NCBI RefSeq assembly: GCF_001194135.2
Contig: NC_068987.1
Span: 58,217,644 to 58,278,021 of the forward strand
DNA length: 60,378 nt
Reading direction: 5' to 3'
DNA from: Octopus bimaculoides
Taxonomy: Eukaryota
Shown here: in pieces, positions 1-11,882 of the stretch
Position numbering within the stretch: the stretch's first letter is position 1
Layout of the letters: every line of letters starts with the position of its first letter
Made by a program: the position numbers and the translations under genes
Notes under the pieces: model-generated
What the model saw: the letters and a program-made list of their open reading frames with translations, nothing else
Databases searched by the model: none
What the model was told of the DNA's origin: nothing

Positions 1-78
1 CACAGATTGCACCTCTGATTTGCACTACCAATACCTGCAAGTAAGTTCTGCTCATTGTGGATCCTAACATGTCTTTCA

Positions 79-165
79 TATATACGTATATATATATATA
101 TACGTATATATACGTATATATACGTATATATACGTATATATATATACGTATATATATATACGTAC
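79..165. repeat. (TATACG/TA)n microsatellite
   Basis: Tandem tatacg/tatata units directly visible. Confidence 0.9.
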
Positions 166-469
166 ACCGGAGTAAGCATATAAATGTGAAACAAGGTGGA
201 AAAAAGAGTATTCAAATATCAGAAGTAGAGTAATATGCTTTATTTAAAAGCAGCAGAAATATAACAAAAGCTGTTACTCAGAGTTTCACGTGAAACCAAT
301 GTACATTTTATATTCGCACTTTCCATAGTCTCTGTAATTCAAAGGATAGGTCCGGGTACTTTGCTATTATTATTATCTTTATCATTATTATTATTATCAT
401 TGTTGCTGTTATCAATTATTATGTAATAATAATTACTATATAATAACTATTATTATGTAATAATAATTA

Positions 470-1010
470 CTGCCTTGATACAGTACCAGGCAGTGGCTCT
501 CATGGCTTCTGATCTTAACTGATTGGAAGTGTTATCATGTACATTGTTTTGTCTTGGTATAAAAGATGGGCTACAGCAAATATTCTGCTCAATACCACAG
601 ATTGGTTTGTCAATTGCTTGACCTGAACCAGTTGAGCATGTCTCTTAGTGACTGACAATATGTGCATCTCTTATCACAAGCAGTAGCAGGGCATCATAGT
701 CATGTGTTGAGAGTAATTCTATGGGGTTTCAATAATTCATCTCTGGAAACATGGGTGTTTCGTTCAAAATCCTTAAACAACCCTTATTCAGAGCGGGATG
801 GGCTGCTCAACCTGAAGAAAATTCTAACGGGGCCCCACCTGCAAGGTCATGGACTGTGTATCTTGTTATAAGGTACCATGTCGCGCACATATGGTTGCGA
901 TGCATGTGTCTGGTGTACCCTTATCAGACAGGTAGTCATGATGGGTATAATGGGCTTCGTATATTTGTACCCCAGTGTCACTTAGATGGCATGCATTGCT
1001 CTGTCACTCA
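470..1010. repeat. Probable unclassified interspersed repeat
   Basis: Complex non-coding sequence recalled as a common octopus repeat. No second copy in the window, so it cannot be proven from the sequence alone. Confidence 0.35.
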
Positions 1011-1025
1011 AGAAGAAGAAGAAGA

Positions 1026-1394
1026 AGATGTATCATTATCGATATATAGCATGCCCCGGTGACAACAGGTTCAATATGAAACAAGAATAAAAAATAAACA
1101 ACTACGACGATTTAAAGTGGGAAATACGAAGGTTGTTGCCAATGAAGAGACTAGACGAGATACCAGTAGTAATTGGTGCACTTGGAAGTATCAGCACTCA
1201 ACCACCAGCACGGCTGAAAAAGATCGGTGCAAGTGTGAAGGTAGAACACCTACAAAAATCAGCATTGCTTGGAACTGCAGGAATTCTTCGCAGTGTTCTT
1301 GAAGCATGACCAGCAAAGAAGTGTCACCCTAGTCTGCTGGCTGTGGACAGCTGACACTTTTCATCATACCCAGTAAAATTAGGTGTGAGTTTTC

Positions 1395-1427
<33 letters not shown>

Positions 1428-1448
1428 TAATAATAATAATAATAATAA
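1026..1448 (+). mobile_element. 3' end of R4/Dong-type non-LTR retrotransposon (REL endonuclease C-terminus, 3'UTR, (TAA)n tail), degenerate
   Basis: Manual translation CIIIDI-ACPGDNR..KINNYDDLKWEIRRL..IPVVIGALGSI..VEHLQKSALLGTAGILRSVLEA* (stop 1307-1309, one frameshift, one internal stop), then short UTR and (TAA)n at ~1398-1448. Confidence 0.85.
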
Positions 1449-2000
1449 CGTTCTTGAAGCATGATCAGTAAACAAGTCTGGGCAGCTGACGCTTTCCATC
1501 ATACTCAGTTAAATCTTTTCCTGATATAGTAGTAGTAGTAGTAGTAGTGCTTTCCTTATTACCACTAAATGTTCACAAAAACATTGGGGACGGTACATGA
1601 CAATACAATTTGGAGTTACATAAAAGGCGAGTGAAAAATAAAACAGTAACATTATAAAATTATCCAAGATCCCTGCAAGGAAAGACTAAAGTTCATGGAC
1701 GTGAATCAGCAAGCTCTCTACGAAGAAAAATTAAATCTGAAATTATCACCAAACAGGATTAAGGAACAGCAGAAAAATGAAAGAAAATTATTCTCCCAAC
1801 CACTATCCTTTCCTGTGGTGAAAAAATATAGCCTTGCCAGAGACAAAAACAACATCAACAAGAACATTGTTATCTTGGCTAGAAAAAGTGGCCACAAGGA
1901 TAAAAGCAACAACAATAATAATGGTAATAAGGGATAATGATAGTTGTGGTGATTTCACTTTTTTTTTCCGTACCTTGAGCTTTTCCACCGAAGTCGTTCT

Positions 2001-2885
2001 ACACAAAGTCAACGCGCTCTACGAGCTGAGGAAGGATGGACTTCGTATCAACCACCTTCACTTCATGGATGACTTAAAACTCTTCGTAAAAACAGAACCT
2101 GAAATAGAGATACTGATTCAGACTGTAAAGATGTATAGCAAGGATATAGGAATGGAATTCAGTATCTCAAAGTGTGCGATGCTCACTTTGAGAGGAGGAA
2201 AAGAGCAGATTACATGGGCATAGAACTGCCAAACGGAGGGTGAATGGGAGACCCTGATGATGGTGGGTACAAGTACATTGGGACCCTCAAGCTGGACTAT
2301 ACCTTGCACAGAGAAATGAAAGACAAGGTCACCACTGCTTATTTGAAGCGCCTCAAACTTCTGAAGTCAAAACTCAATGCAAAGAACTTTGTGACTGTGA
2401 TAAACACATGGGTTGTTGCTGTAGTATGTTATAGTGAACCCATTCTGAAATGGACACGAGCGGAGATTGACCAGCGGGATAGCACTACCCAACAAACGAT
2501 GACAATGCATGGTGTATTGCGGACTTACACAGACTGTGTATGAAGAGGGGTAAAAGTGGATGTGACCTCATTAGCGGACGAGAGTGCATCGACAGTGAAA
2601 GAAGAAACAGGACACAGGATTTAGTAAACAGCGAACAAGAAGTGCTACAGTATGTTGCTAATGTAGAAGGATTTATCAACAATGCAGTATGCGTGCAGTT
2701 CCAAGTAAAGCCGATTTTTGCAATACACCAAGATTTTAGGGTATTTGTAAAGTGTGTAGATGTTTCTTCAGGTCGGGTGGTATTGAACCCAAATCTTGGT
2801 GTATTGCAAAAATCGGCTTTACTTGGAACTGCACGCATACTGCATAAAGTATTGTCTATCTGAGGTCCTTGTTGTGACTTGGGAT
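2001..2885 (+). mobile_element. R4/Dong-type non-LTR retrotransposon fragment (RT/thumb plus C-terminus), frameshifted and internally deleted
   Basis: INHLHFMDDLKLF (RT YxDD), GMEFSISKC, YKYIGTL, KSKLNAKNFVTVINTWVVAVVCYS, then jumps to LQKSALLGTARILHKVLSI* (stop 2861-2863). Confidence 0.85.
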
Positions 2886-2964
2886 GGAAGACGGTACTAA
2901 TTACTGGTACACATAATATTTTCAATCACAATATTGGATACTGTACGACATCTTCAATGATGTC

Positions 2965-3215
2965 AATAATCCTTTTTAACAAAGGCACAAGGCCTGAAAT
3001 TTTGAGACTCAACTGGTACTTATTTATCGACTCCGAAAGGACAGAAGGGGAAGTCGACCTCGGTGGAATTCGAATTCAGGTGAAGCCGGAAGAAATGCCT
3101 CTAAGCATTTCGTTTGCCGTTCTAACGATTCTGCTAGCTCACCACCTTTAATAGTTTCAAACTTTGGCGCAAGCCAATACATTTAGGGGGTGGTATTATT
3201 TGATTACTTCGACCT
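2965..3215 (-). mobile_element. tRNA-derived SINE family A, degenerate copy plus adjacent partial 3' end
   Basis: Matches in-window consensus (sense: A-box GGCAGAATCGTTAG, B-box GAGTTCAAATTCC, central GTCGACTTTGCCTTTCATCCTTTCGGGGTCGATAAAATAAGTACCAG, tail GGCCTTGTGCC..(TTA)n). Confidence 0.8.
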
Positions 3216-3469
3216 CAGTATTTTATTGTGGTTTGAGTGAGAGAGAGAGAGAAGGAGGTGAAATAAAGAATGAGAGTGGAGGTGCTAAAAGGAAAAAAAG
3301 CGGAGAACATCGAGCTCAATATTGGTTTTGTATTTTACCCTTTCCTTCTCCTTTTTACCCTCTATTTCATCCACTTCTCCCTGTCCTTCTCTTTCTTTCT
3401 CTACTCCACCCATTTCCCTGTTCTCTCTACTTTTCCCCTCTCCCTGTTTCGTGTTTTAACAACAACAAT

Positions 3470-3870
3470 AATTGTTGTTGTTGTTGTTGTTGGCACTCCG
3501 TCGCTTACGACGTCGAGTGTTCCAGTTGATCCGATCAATGGAACAGCCTGCTCGTGAAATTAACGTGCAAGTGGCTGAGCACTCTACTGACACGTGTACC
3601 CTTAACGTAGTTCTTGGGGATATTCAGCGAGACACAGTGTGACAAGGCTGACCCTTTGAATTACAGGCACAACAGAAACAGGGAGTAAAAGTGAGAGAAA
3701 GTTGTTGTGAAAGAGTACAGCAGGGTTCGGCACCATCCCCTGCCGGAGCCTCGTGGTGCTTTAGGTGTTTTCGCTCAATAAACACTCACAACGCCCGGTC
3801 TGGGAATCGAAACCGCGATCCTATGACCGCGAGTCCGCTGCCCTAACCACTGGGCCATTGCGCCTCCACA
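3470..3870 (-). mobile_element. tRNA-derived SINE family C, near full length, (CAA)n tail
   Basis: Reverse complement of 59108-59361. Head GTGGAGGCGCAATGGCCCAGTGGTTAGGG, B-box GGTTTCGATTCCC, ends GGAGTGCC(AAC)n. Confidence 0.9.
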
Positions 3871-3914
3871 CTACAACAACAATAATAACTACAGAAAAAA
3901 CAACAATATCAATA

Positions 3915-4273
3915 ATTCTTTCTACTAAAAGTAAAAACTACCTGAAATTTTGGAGGAGGGAGATTACATCGCCTCTAGAGGTTGGCTGGTGTTTACTTTA
4001 TCGACTGCGAAAGGATGAAAAGCAAAGTCTATTGCTGCGGAACTTGAAACAATATTATTAATAACTAAGGCACAAGGCCTTGAAAATTTGGGGGAAGGGA
4101 GCTAGTCGATTATATCGACCCCAGTGTATAACCGGTACTTATTTCATCGACACCGAAAAGATGAAAGGCAAAGTCGACCTCGGCGGAATTTGAACTCGGA
4201 ACGTAAAGACAGACGAAAAACTAGTAAGCATTTCGCCCGGCGTACTAACGATTCTGCTAGCTGGCCACCTTAA
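3915..4273 (-). mobile_element. SINE family A: degenerate partial copy (~3915-4050) followed by full copy (~4066-4273)
   Basis: gatgaaaggcaaagtcgacctcggcggaatttgaactc core and aaggcacaaggcc tail. Confidence 0.85.
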
Positions 4274-4299
4274 CACAATATTATTAATAATAATGCTGA

Positions 4300-4414
4300 C
4301 TTGGTACCAGTTGAAATATGCTTGAGGTATTTTTGAACACGTAAGAAAGCCTTTCTCTCAAGTACATTTTTACGGTTTCGAATATGCCTCAAGCATACTT
4401 GAACTGGTAACAAG
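4300..4414. repeat. Imperfect inverted repeat (38-bp arms, ~39-bp spacer)
   Basis: cttggtaccagttgaaatatgcttgaggtatttttgaa versus reverse complement of ttcgaatatgcctcaagcatacttgaactggtaacaag, ~32/38 identical. Confidence 0.75.
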
Positions 4415-4459
4415 TTTGTATTTATGCACATCACTGCTTAACGTTTCTATTCTAATTAT

Positions 4460-4639
4460 CTTTTCTACTATAGGCACAAGGTCTGAAATTTTGTGGGAGG
4501 GGCCAGATTAGATGGACTCCAATGCGTAACTGGTACTTAATTTATCGACCCCGAAAGGATGAAAGGCAAAGTTGACCTCGGTGGAATTTGAACTCAGAAT
4601 GTAGCAACGGGCGAAATATTGTTAAGCATTTCGCCCGCC

Positions 4640-4681
<42 letters not shown>
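4460..4681 (-). mobile_element. SINE family A copy abutting (TAA)n array and gap
   Basis: Family A core; (TAA)n from ~4642 continues across the gap to ~4910. Confidence 0.85.
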
Positions 4682-4856
4682 NNNNNNNNNNNNNNNNNNN
4701 NNNNNNNNNNNNNNNNNNNNNNNNNNNNNNNNNNNNNNNNNNNNNNNNNNNNNNNNNNNNNNNNNNNNNNNNNNNNNNNNNNNNNNNNNNNNNNNNNNNN
4801 NNNNNNNNNNNNNNNNNNNNNNNNNNNNNNNNNNNNNNNNNNNNNNNNNNNTAACT

Positions 4857-4912
<56 letters not shown>

Positions 4913-5757
4913 GCATATGTGTGTGTGCGTCTGTGCATGTATGTATGTGCGACAACGTTTGGTATCACTTACATACACATAGTGATACATCAGTGAGAAA
5001 ATCTCTTAAATTTCAATTTTCTTCAATTTAGCTATTTGTCGTTAAAGTTAATGATACGTCATTTCTTGCAGAAATTATAAAATGTTACATTAGCTTGCAG
5101 CGCTGAGTATAGCTTAGGGAAAGAACCGATTCCATTTTCTTCCACCAGTGTGAACACAAAATTGTGATGAAATTATTATTCGATGAGAAAATATTGTGCA
5201 TTTGGTTTTCGGTCATCACTTATGACTGGAAAGTATGATCAACAGAATGAAACAGTTTATGCTCTTTCTGTCTTAAGTGATTCCCCACTAATTTTACACC
5301 TGATTATATCTACTGTAATGGCAGTGTAAAGTAATTTGAATACATGTTGGTATTTCAAGCTAATATCAGGATTATGTCTTTCTGACTTATTGACGGTGTG
5401 CGTAGAAGAGTAACAGGTCTGAGTTAGCGGATTTTTGTTAGGGTTTGTAATATATATTTATTACTGACTATTTTCTGTATGAATATGGGTGTTAACATAG
5501 CAGTATGTATTAAGCTATATATACGTGATTAAAGGTCGGCAACAGGACCTACTGACAAGCAATTCTGTTTTGAAAAGTGGGTTAGTTTTCTATTTTCAAG
5601 ACGAAAACGAAAACTAACACGACTCAAGCAGATTTATGCAATTAGGAAAATGATGAAAATAACAAAAGCAGTCAGGTAAATAGTGAAGCTTAGAAAAGCA
5701 TTGCTAACAGTCTATAATACTATATGAATACACGCTGTGTTGTGCATAAAATATATA

Positions 5758-6618
5758 CGAGGTCTGATCAATAAGTATACGGACTGTTGCCATAGTAACG
5801 AAGCTAAAGCACATAGAGTGGAGTCGCTTGGTAAATACTGACTTTCAATGCTGCTATGCATACGCACTAAGTTTTAACGTTCTAGCTCACTTCTGCTGTT
5901 TACAGGAGTACTTGAAAGGTGTGTAGCGTGTGATCGTTGCATTGACCATGACAGAGAAATTTGTTGTGGTGATACCTACTCAGAGACCTACGCAAAGTTG
6001 CAGAAAGTGTATGGAGAGTAGTGTATAAGCCGCACACAAGTGTACGAGTGGTTCAGACGTTTCCAAGATGTCCGGGAAAATGTCGATATTGAAGAACGTT
6101 CTGGAATACCCGCAATCAGCAGAAGTAAGAAAAACATCGCAGATGTGCGTGCAGCTGTGAGGGAAAATCGTCGATTCACCATCCATGAGTTATCCGAGGA
6201 TGTGCAGATTAATTACTGTTCAGTTCAGTCCGTTATCACTGACGATTTATGTATGAGATGCGTGTCTGCCAAGTTTGCGCCAAAACTGCTTTCAGCTGAC
6301 CAAGAAGACACTTGGGTTTTAGTTGCACAAGATCTCCTTGATTGTGTCGAGAACGATGAAAGCTTTTTGAAAACCTTGCATAAGCCTCTAAGCAGGTATC
6401 ACCAAGCTTTTGGCAAAATTTGATTTAGATTCTCTGCTCAACTTTCTATCATATTCAATGTGACGATCACGCACTACACACCTTTCTTCCAAGCACTGCT
6501 GTAAACAACGAAAGTGAGCTAGAACGTTAAAACTTAGTGCGTATGCACAGCAGAGTTCAGGGTCACTCTGTAGCAAGCGGCTTTACCCTAGGTGTTTTAG
6601 CTTCGTTACTATGGCAAC
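5758..6618 (+). mobile_element. Mariner (Tc1/mariner) relic with long inverted ends; catalytic domain deleted
   Basis: TA|CGAGGTCTGATCAATAAG left end. About 120-bp inverted arms (5785-5905 vs 6498-6618). Transposase N-terminus YEWFRRFQD..ERSGIPA..VRENRRFTIHELSEDVQI..SVQSVITDDLCMRCVSAKFAPKLL (HTH plus WVPxxL-like motif) at ~5960-6380. Confidence 0.9.
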
Positions 6619-6659
6619 ATATATATATATATATATATATAATTTATATTATTATTTGA

Positions 6660-7176
6660 TTGAACGCCACGCATCCATTTCCAAGTAAGTTAATCTTAAT
6701 CTTTTTGATGCGATTCTACGCTATACTGTTTTCTCTCCCGTCGTTTTCTCTCTCATCCTGTCTCTAATTGACTTTTTTCTCCCCCTCACCGTTTCCTATC
6801 TGTCTGTTTGTCTCTCTCCCCTCTTTCTGCTTTACTCTCTTTCTCTCTCTCTCTCTCGTTGCTCACACGTAACCATCGTCATTCTTTTTTCTCCTCACGT
6901 GATCATCTTTCCTTTCTTTCAGGTTTGTCCTAAAGACTGGACGTATCCAATCTCTCCCGTCTATCTTGTCTCTTGTCAAGAAAATATTTCTCCTGCATTC
7001 GCTATTTTACCCTCATTGTGGTCTAACGACCCTCAATATTTATTTTCGTTCGGTTTCCTTGTATGTCTCCACTGTCCTGTTTTTGTTCCCAGCTTTGACC
7101 CTCCATAAATCCCAAATTTTATTTCGATACTTATGGGAGCAACTGTCTTCGAAGGCTTATATTGTCGTCCAATGCT

Positions 7177-7225
<49 letters not shown>

Positions 7226-7735
7226 NNNNNNNNNNNNNNNNNNNNNNNNNNNNNNNNNNNNNNNNNNNNNNNNNNNNNNNNNNNNNNNNNNNNNNNNNNN
7301 NNNNNNNNNNNNNNNNNNNNNNNNNNNNNNNNNNNNNNNNNNNNNNNNNNNNNNNNNNNNNNNNNNNNNNNNNNNNNNNNNNNNNNNNNNNNNNNNNNNN
7401 NNNNNNNNNNNNNNNNNNNNNNNNNNNNNNNNNNNNNNNNNNNNNNNNNNNNNNNNNNNNNNNNNNNNNNNNNNNNNNNNNNNNNNNNNNNNNNNNNNNN
7501 NNNNNNNNNNNNNNNNNNNNNNNNNNNNNNNNNNNNNNNNNNNNNNNNNNNNNNNNNNNNNNNNNNNNTATATGTCTCCGTATTCTTTCTGTTGAAGAGC
7601 GTAGCTCGAAACGTCAAAGACTTTCCGTATTCCCGAGCGTCATACTAATACATCCTTTTGTTATTTACACCACCTGTCCTCGTCTGTTGTTGTTTTTTCG
7701 TATATTCTCCCATATATATACGACGAGCTCTAGTT
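6660..7735 (+). mobile_element. Probable Penelope-like pseudo-LTR/3' region (pyrimidine-rich, (TG)n, gap, hammerhead motif)
   Basis: CT-rich tract, (TG)n and a minimal hammerhead motif at 7584-7620, an arrangement typical of PLE pLTRs. No ORF support. Confidence 0.45.
7584..7620 (+). ncRNA. Minimal type-I hammerhead ribozyme-like motif (variant core CUGUUGA)
   Basis: TCTTT-CTGTTGA-A-GAGC(GTA)GCTC-GAA-ACGT-C-AAAGA: stem I TCTTT/AAAGA, stem II GAGC/GCTC, palindromic stem III ACGT, GUC triplet ending at 7615. Confidence 0.6.
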
Positions 7736-7800
7736 GCCGCCTATCAAATCCACCCACAAAGCTAAGGCTTTGATCGGCCCGGGGCTATAGGCACTTGCTT
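7735..7800 (-). mobile_element. CORE-SINE (family B) fragment
   Basis: aaggctttgatcggcccggggctatag..cacttgc matches family B at 34960-35000. Confidence 0.6.
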
Positions 7801-8429
7801 ACATATATATCTATACATGTGCGTATGAATGCATGTGTGTATTCATATGTGAGGAGGAGAGTATTCACACATAAATATGGGTATACACATGTTGCAGTTA
7901 ATCAAATAATTACAAATTTTATCCTGTAATATCCGAAATCTGAGCAAACTGTTTTCGTCTACGTTGGCAAAAATTGATCCTTTAAAGAGTTTATATGAGA
8001 AAGCATCCATTGAATTCATTTGCCAAACGGAGTGAAACAACCGGATGTTTCCGACACATGATCTTATTAGGTAAGATAGAGAAAGGATATAGAGATATAT
8101 CGCTGAGATCACAAGATTGCGGATGAGAAGATAATAACGTCAAGGAGTGATGTAGAATGGTTGGTGGAGAGAATGAACAAGAAAAGTGATTATCCCTGTC
8201 ATGAAGTTCTTGTCTTTTGGATTTTTCTTATTAATTACGGAGCTTCTTAACTGTTTTGTCAGATTTCCAACCTCTTTGTATTCAATATTGAGGCGAACTT
8301 CAGAATCAGTCAATCAATTAGCAAACTGGCAAATCACCAAAACTCCCATTTCGTGAGTGCTTCATTAGTATCTGGGGAAGATAATCAATTTCCACTTATT
8401 GTCTAGAAAAGATAAACATCATACATCAC

Positions 8430-8488
8430 GCAGAGTTCACACACATACACACACACATATACAAACACACACACACACACACATACAA

Positions 8489-8519
<31 letters not shown>

Positions 8520-8569
8520 CGATGGGCTTCTTCCAGTTTCCGTCTACCAAATCCACTCACAAGGCTTTG
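8430..8569 (-). mobile_element. CORE-SINE family B fragment with (CA)n, cut by gap
   Basis: gggcttcttccagtttccgtctaccaaatccactcacaaggctttg is the reverse complement of 19220-19265. Confidence 0.85.
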
Positions 8570-9535
8570 NNNNNNNNNNNNNNNNNNNNNNNNNNNNNNN
8601 NNNNNNNNNNNNNNNNNNNNNNNNNNNNNNNNNNNNNNNNNNNNNNNNNNNNNNNNNNNNNNNNNNNNNNNNNNNNCACAACGCAATACAACAGATTCAC
8701 TTGCCCATACACATATCAGATACATTTCTATACATACACAGATTCGTACATATACAACGTCTCAGAACCTAGACGCACATACAAGTGTTAAGAAAAAAAC
8801 ATACATTTTCATACGCATTTCTTTCTAAACTTAAGATGTATGAAGCACCGACTTTTTAGAAGCTTTCTTTCTCATCACAAAGCAAACACTGTTATTTTCT
8901 ATAGACACAGAGACCGAGACGACTGAGTTGATCTTTATTTAAGGATGGTTCTTATTTTATTGACCGCAGGTGAAATTAAAGACAGCTGTACTGTTTCTGT
9001 ATGTTCGCTACACTCTTTTTACAACAAATACAAAATTGTATTATTTTACGTAAGTTGGAATGAGGAGTCGTGTAGTTTCGTAGATTTTTTCAAAGACAAT
9101 AGTAGCCTGAGCGAAATAATAAAAAATATTAATTTACATCGTGGAATACATTCTTATCACAAACTTTACCCTTTCTACATCATATGACAATACCACGTAT
9201 TTCTAACTACAGCAAATGCCTTCAAGATATATGGAGGTAGTCCACTGTGCTATCTTTGAATGGTGTAAGATGTTTGGTTCGTTAAACGATCATACACCTA
9301 CAACTTCTATCTTCTACTGGTTGGCTTTCCAAAGTGACGCTATATTTTAATTCTGTTTGTTGTTTTGAGAACAATCACATGAAAATTTCAGTATTATATG
9401 ATAAAAGAACGAAAACTAAGAATGAGCGATTGAAGTTGTTTTGTAACACAACGAAATATCAAAAATGAGTCCTTGAAAGAGTAGAAAGTTATTGGAACAC
9501 ACAAGGATACAAAAAATAAGCATTAACGTATGAAA

Positions 9536-9571
9536 CGCTAATAATAATAATAATAATAATAATAACAATAA

Positions 9572-9636
<65 letters not shown>

Positions 9637-9644
9637 ATAGCAGC

Positions 9645-9681
<37 letters not shown>

Positions 9682-9702
9682 ATAGCAGCAGTAGTAGTAG
9701 TA
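9536..9702. repeat. (TAA)n(TAG)n microsatellite with duplicated AATAGCAGCAG interruption
   Basis: Directly visible; explains the poly-T/poly-I ORF 9489-9944. Confidence 0.95.
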
Positions 9703-11150
9703 ACTCTTTTCTTATTTGTCACAAGGAGCGCACACAAAAACAAAAGGACGATAAAACACAAAGGACTGTGGTGGGATTTATATGTATCACGTGAAAACAA
9801 AAAACAATAACAATTAACAACAATGAAAACAATAACAATTAACAACAGAAAGAATAACGACAAAATTTTAACAATAAAATTCTCAACAAAGATGGGCAAC
9901 GAAGGAACCCCACACATACTGGTCACCTCGATCGCCAAGAGCACTCCAGGCAGGCATCTCTCTTCTCATTATCTACGGCCTACAGGCATATATCGCCATA
10001 GTCACCTACCATTCAGCAAAAATACTGCGGTGTAGTACTTTCCCCTACACGCTCAGTTTACTTTTTTTGTACCTGTAGAGCTTGTCTTTAACTTGCCGAG
10101 CCCCACGGTAGCACTGCCGAGCCATGGATTTGCGGAAATTATCTATAGGGCCCGACACGAAAGTTCTCCGACAAAGACCAAACCAATTGATCTTCCCTCA
10201 CAGATTCTCCGAGGATATCACCCTCTTACCCACCACGAATCCCCTATAGAAGTCCAAAGTGAAACTTCTACCAACCGAAGTGCCCGACTAGTAGAGGGCT
10301 GTGAGCGCTTGCCAACACTCCAGGTACCAAGCGACCTCTCTCGGTCTACGCTTGATTCAGGACTGCAGTGCTGTCAATGAGACGAGCTGCGAAAAATCCT
10401 GTCTGACAAACGGTGACCATACTTGCTCATCGTAAACGAAACCCCGAAGATGTCGCAGCCTCAGTTCATGTCTGTGCATCATTAACCACGGCTTGCCAAG
10501 TCTTCTACTGAAAGCAGAACGGTAAGTGCTCCAGCTTGATCAACAATGAAGGGCAGGAGACGACGGTTAGGCAGTAGTAGATAACGGAAGTGATATGCGT
10601 ATTTGACACCTCCACCCGACTTTTCAGGAACAGTTTCCTCTCTCCCCATTTCTGGTTGAGACTGGCCACCCTGCTCGTCACCTCTCCCAAGATCTAGTCC
10701 ATCTGAAAATCTGGACCAAACCAAACCAAACCAAACCAAATCCGAGCAACTTGACCGATCCTTCTGTAGGACGCTGACAGGTGGCTTGGACCTGCCTCCC
10801 CAGCTGCCGAGCTGCAGGCCCGCCAACTTCTCCTGGTTAGTCTTTGATCCTGTCACCGCTTCGTACATCCTTAGGATAGTGCTGATCAATTCAACTTCCG
10901 AGATGCCCGACACTACTCCCGTGACGTCGTCCGCATAAGCTGACACGAATCTTCCGCACCCTAGTTCACGCGGGATGCTCCTCGAAACATCCAGCTTCTG
11001 TAGTAATGGCTCGTGAGCCAGCACATACAGAAAGGATGACAATAGACATCCCTGATGGACCGAAAGTGTGATACTAAACGATTCTGCTAGATGGTCATTT
11101 ACTTTGACCACCGTGCAGACATCGCTGCGCATTGCAGCGATCCAGCCTCT
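9703..11150 (-). mobile_element. Tx1/L1-clade non-LTR retrotransposon fragment (RT plus downstream region and 3' end), degenerate
   Basis: SFSITLSVHQGCLLSSFLYVLAHEPLL, VSAYADDVT, YEAVTGSKTNQEK, and after a frameshift WGERKLFLKSRVEVSNTHITSVIYY. (AAACC)n insertion at ~10715-10740. The left (3') boundary is inferred. Confidence 0.8.
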
Positions 11151-11882
11151 GAAATGCTACTAAGTATTTTGGCCGGCGTGCTGATCGGCGCCTTGAATAA
11201 TAGTTTCAAATTTTTGCACTAGGCCAGAAATTTGTGGGGAGGGAGAAAGTTGAATAAATCGACTCCAGTGCTTAACTGGTACTTATTTTATCGACTCCGG
11301 AAGGATAAAAATCAAAGTCGACCACGGCGAGATTTGAACCCAGAATGTAAACCCTGACGGAACGCTGACAAGCATTTTGTTCAGAGGGCTAACAATTCTT
11401 CCAGTTCACCACCTTTAATGGTGGTAATAATAATAATCCTTTCTACAAAGAGCACAAGGCCTGAAATTTTGGGAGAAGGGACTAGTCGATTACATCTACC
11501 CCAGTGTTTCAGTGGTACTTAATTTATCGACCCCGAAACGATTACAAGCAAATCTGACTACGATGAAATTTGAACACAGAACGTGAAGGTGGACGAAATG
11601 CTGCTAAGCATTTTGCCTGGTATGCTAACGATTTTGCCTGCTCACCGCCTTAAGGATAATAATAATCCTTTCTACTAAAGACACAAGGCCTGAATTTTGA
11701 GGGGTGGGGCAGTCGATCAGGTAGACTTCAGTACGCAACTGATGCTTAATTTATCGACCCCAAAAGGATAAAAGGCAAAATCGACTTCGGTGAAAGTTGA
11801 ACTCAGAACGTAACGGCAGACGAAATACCGCTAAGCATTTCGCCCGGAGTGCTAACGAGTCCGCCAGCTTGCCAGTTTTTAA
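11150..11882 (-). mobile_element. Tandem cluster of SINE family A: one head fragment and three full copies (~11205-11420, 11432-11655, 11662-11882)
   Basis: Each copy has tail (aaggcc), central domain and tRNA head; copies are separated only by short (TAA)n. Confidence 0.9.
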
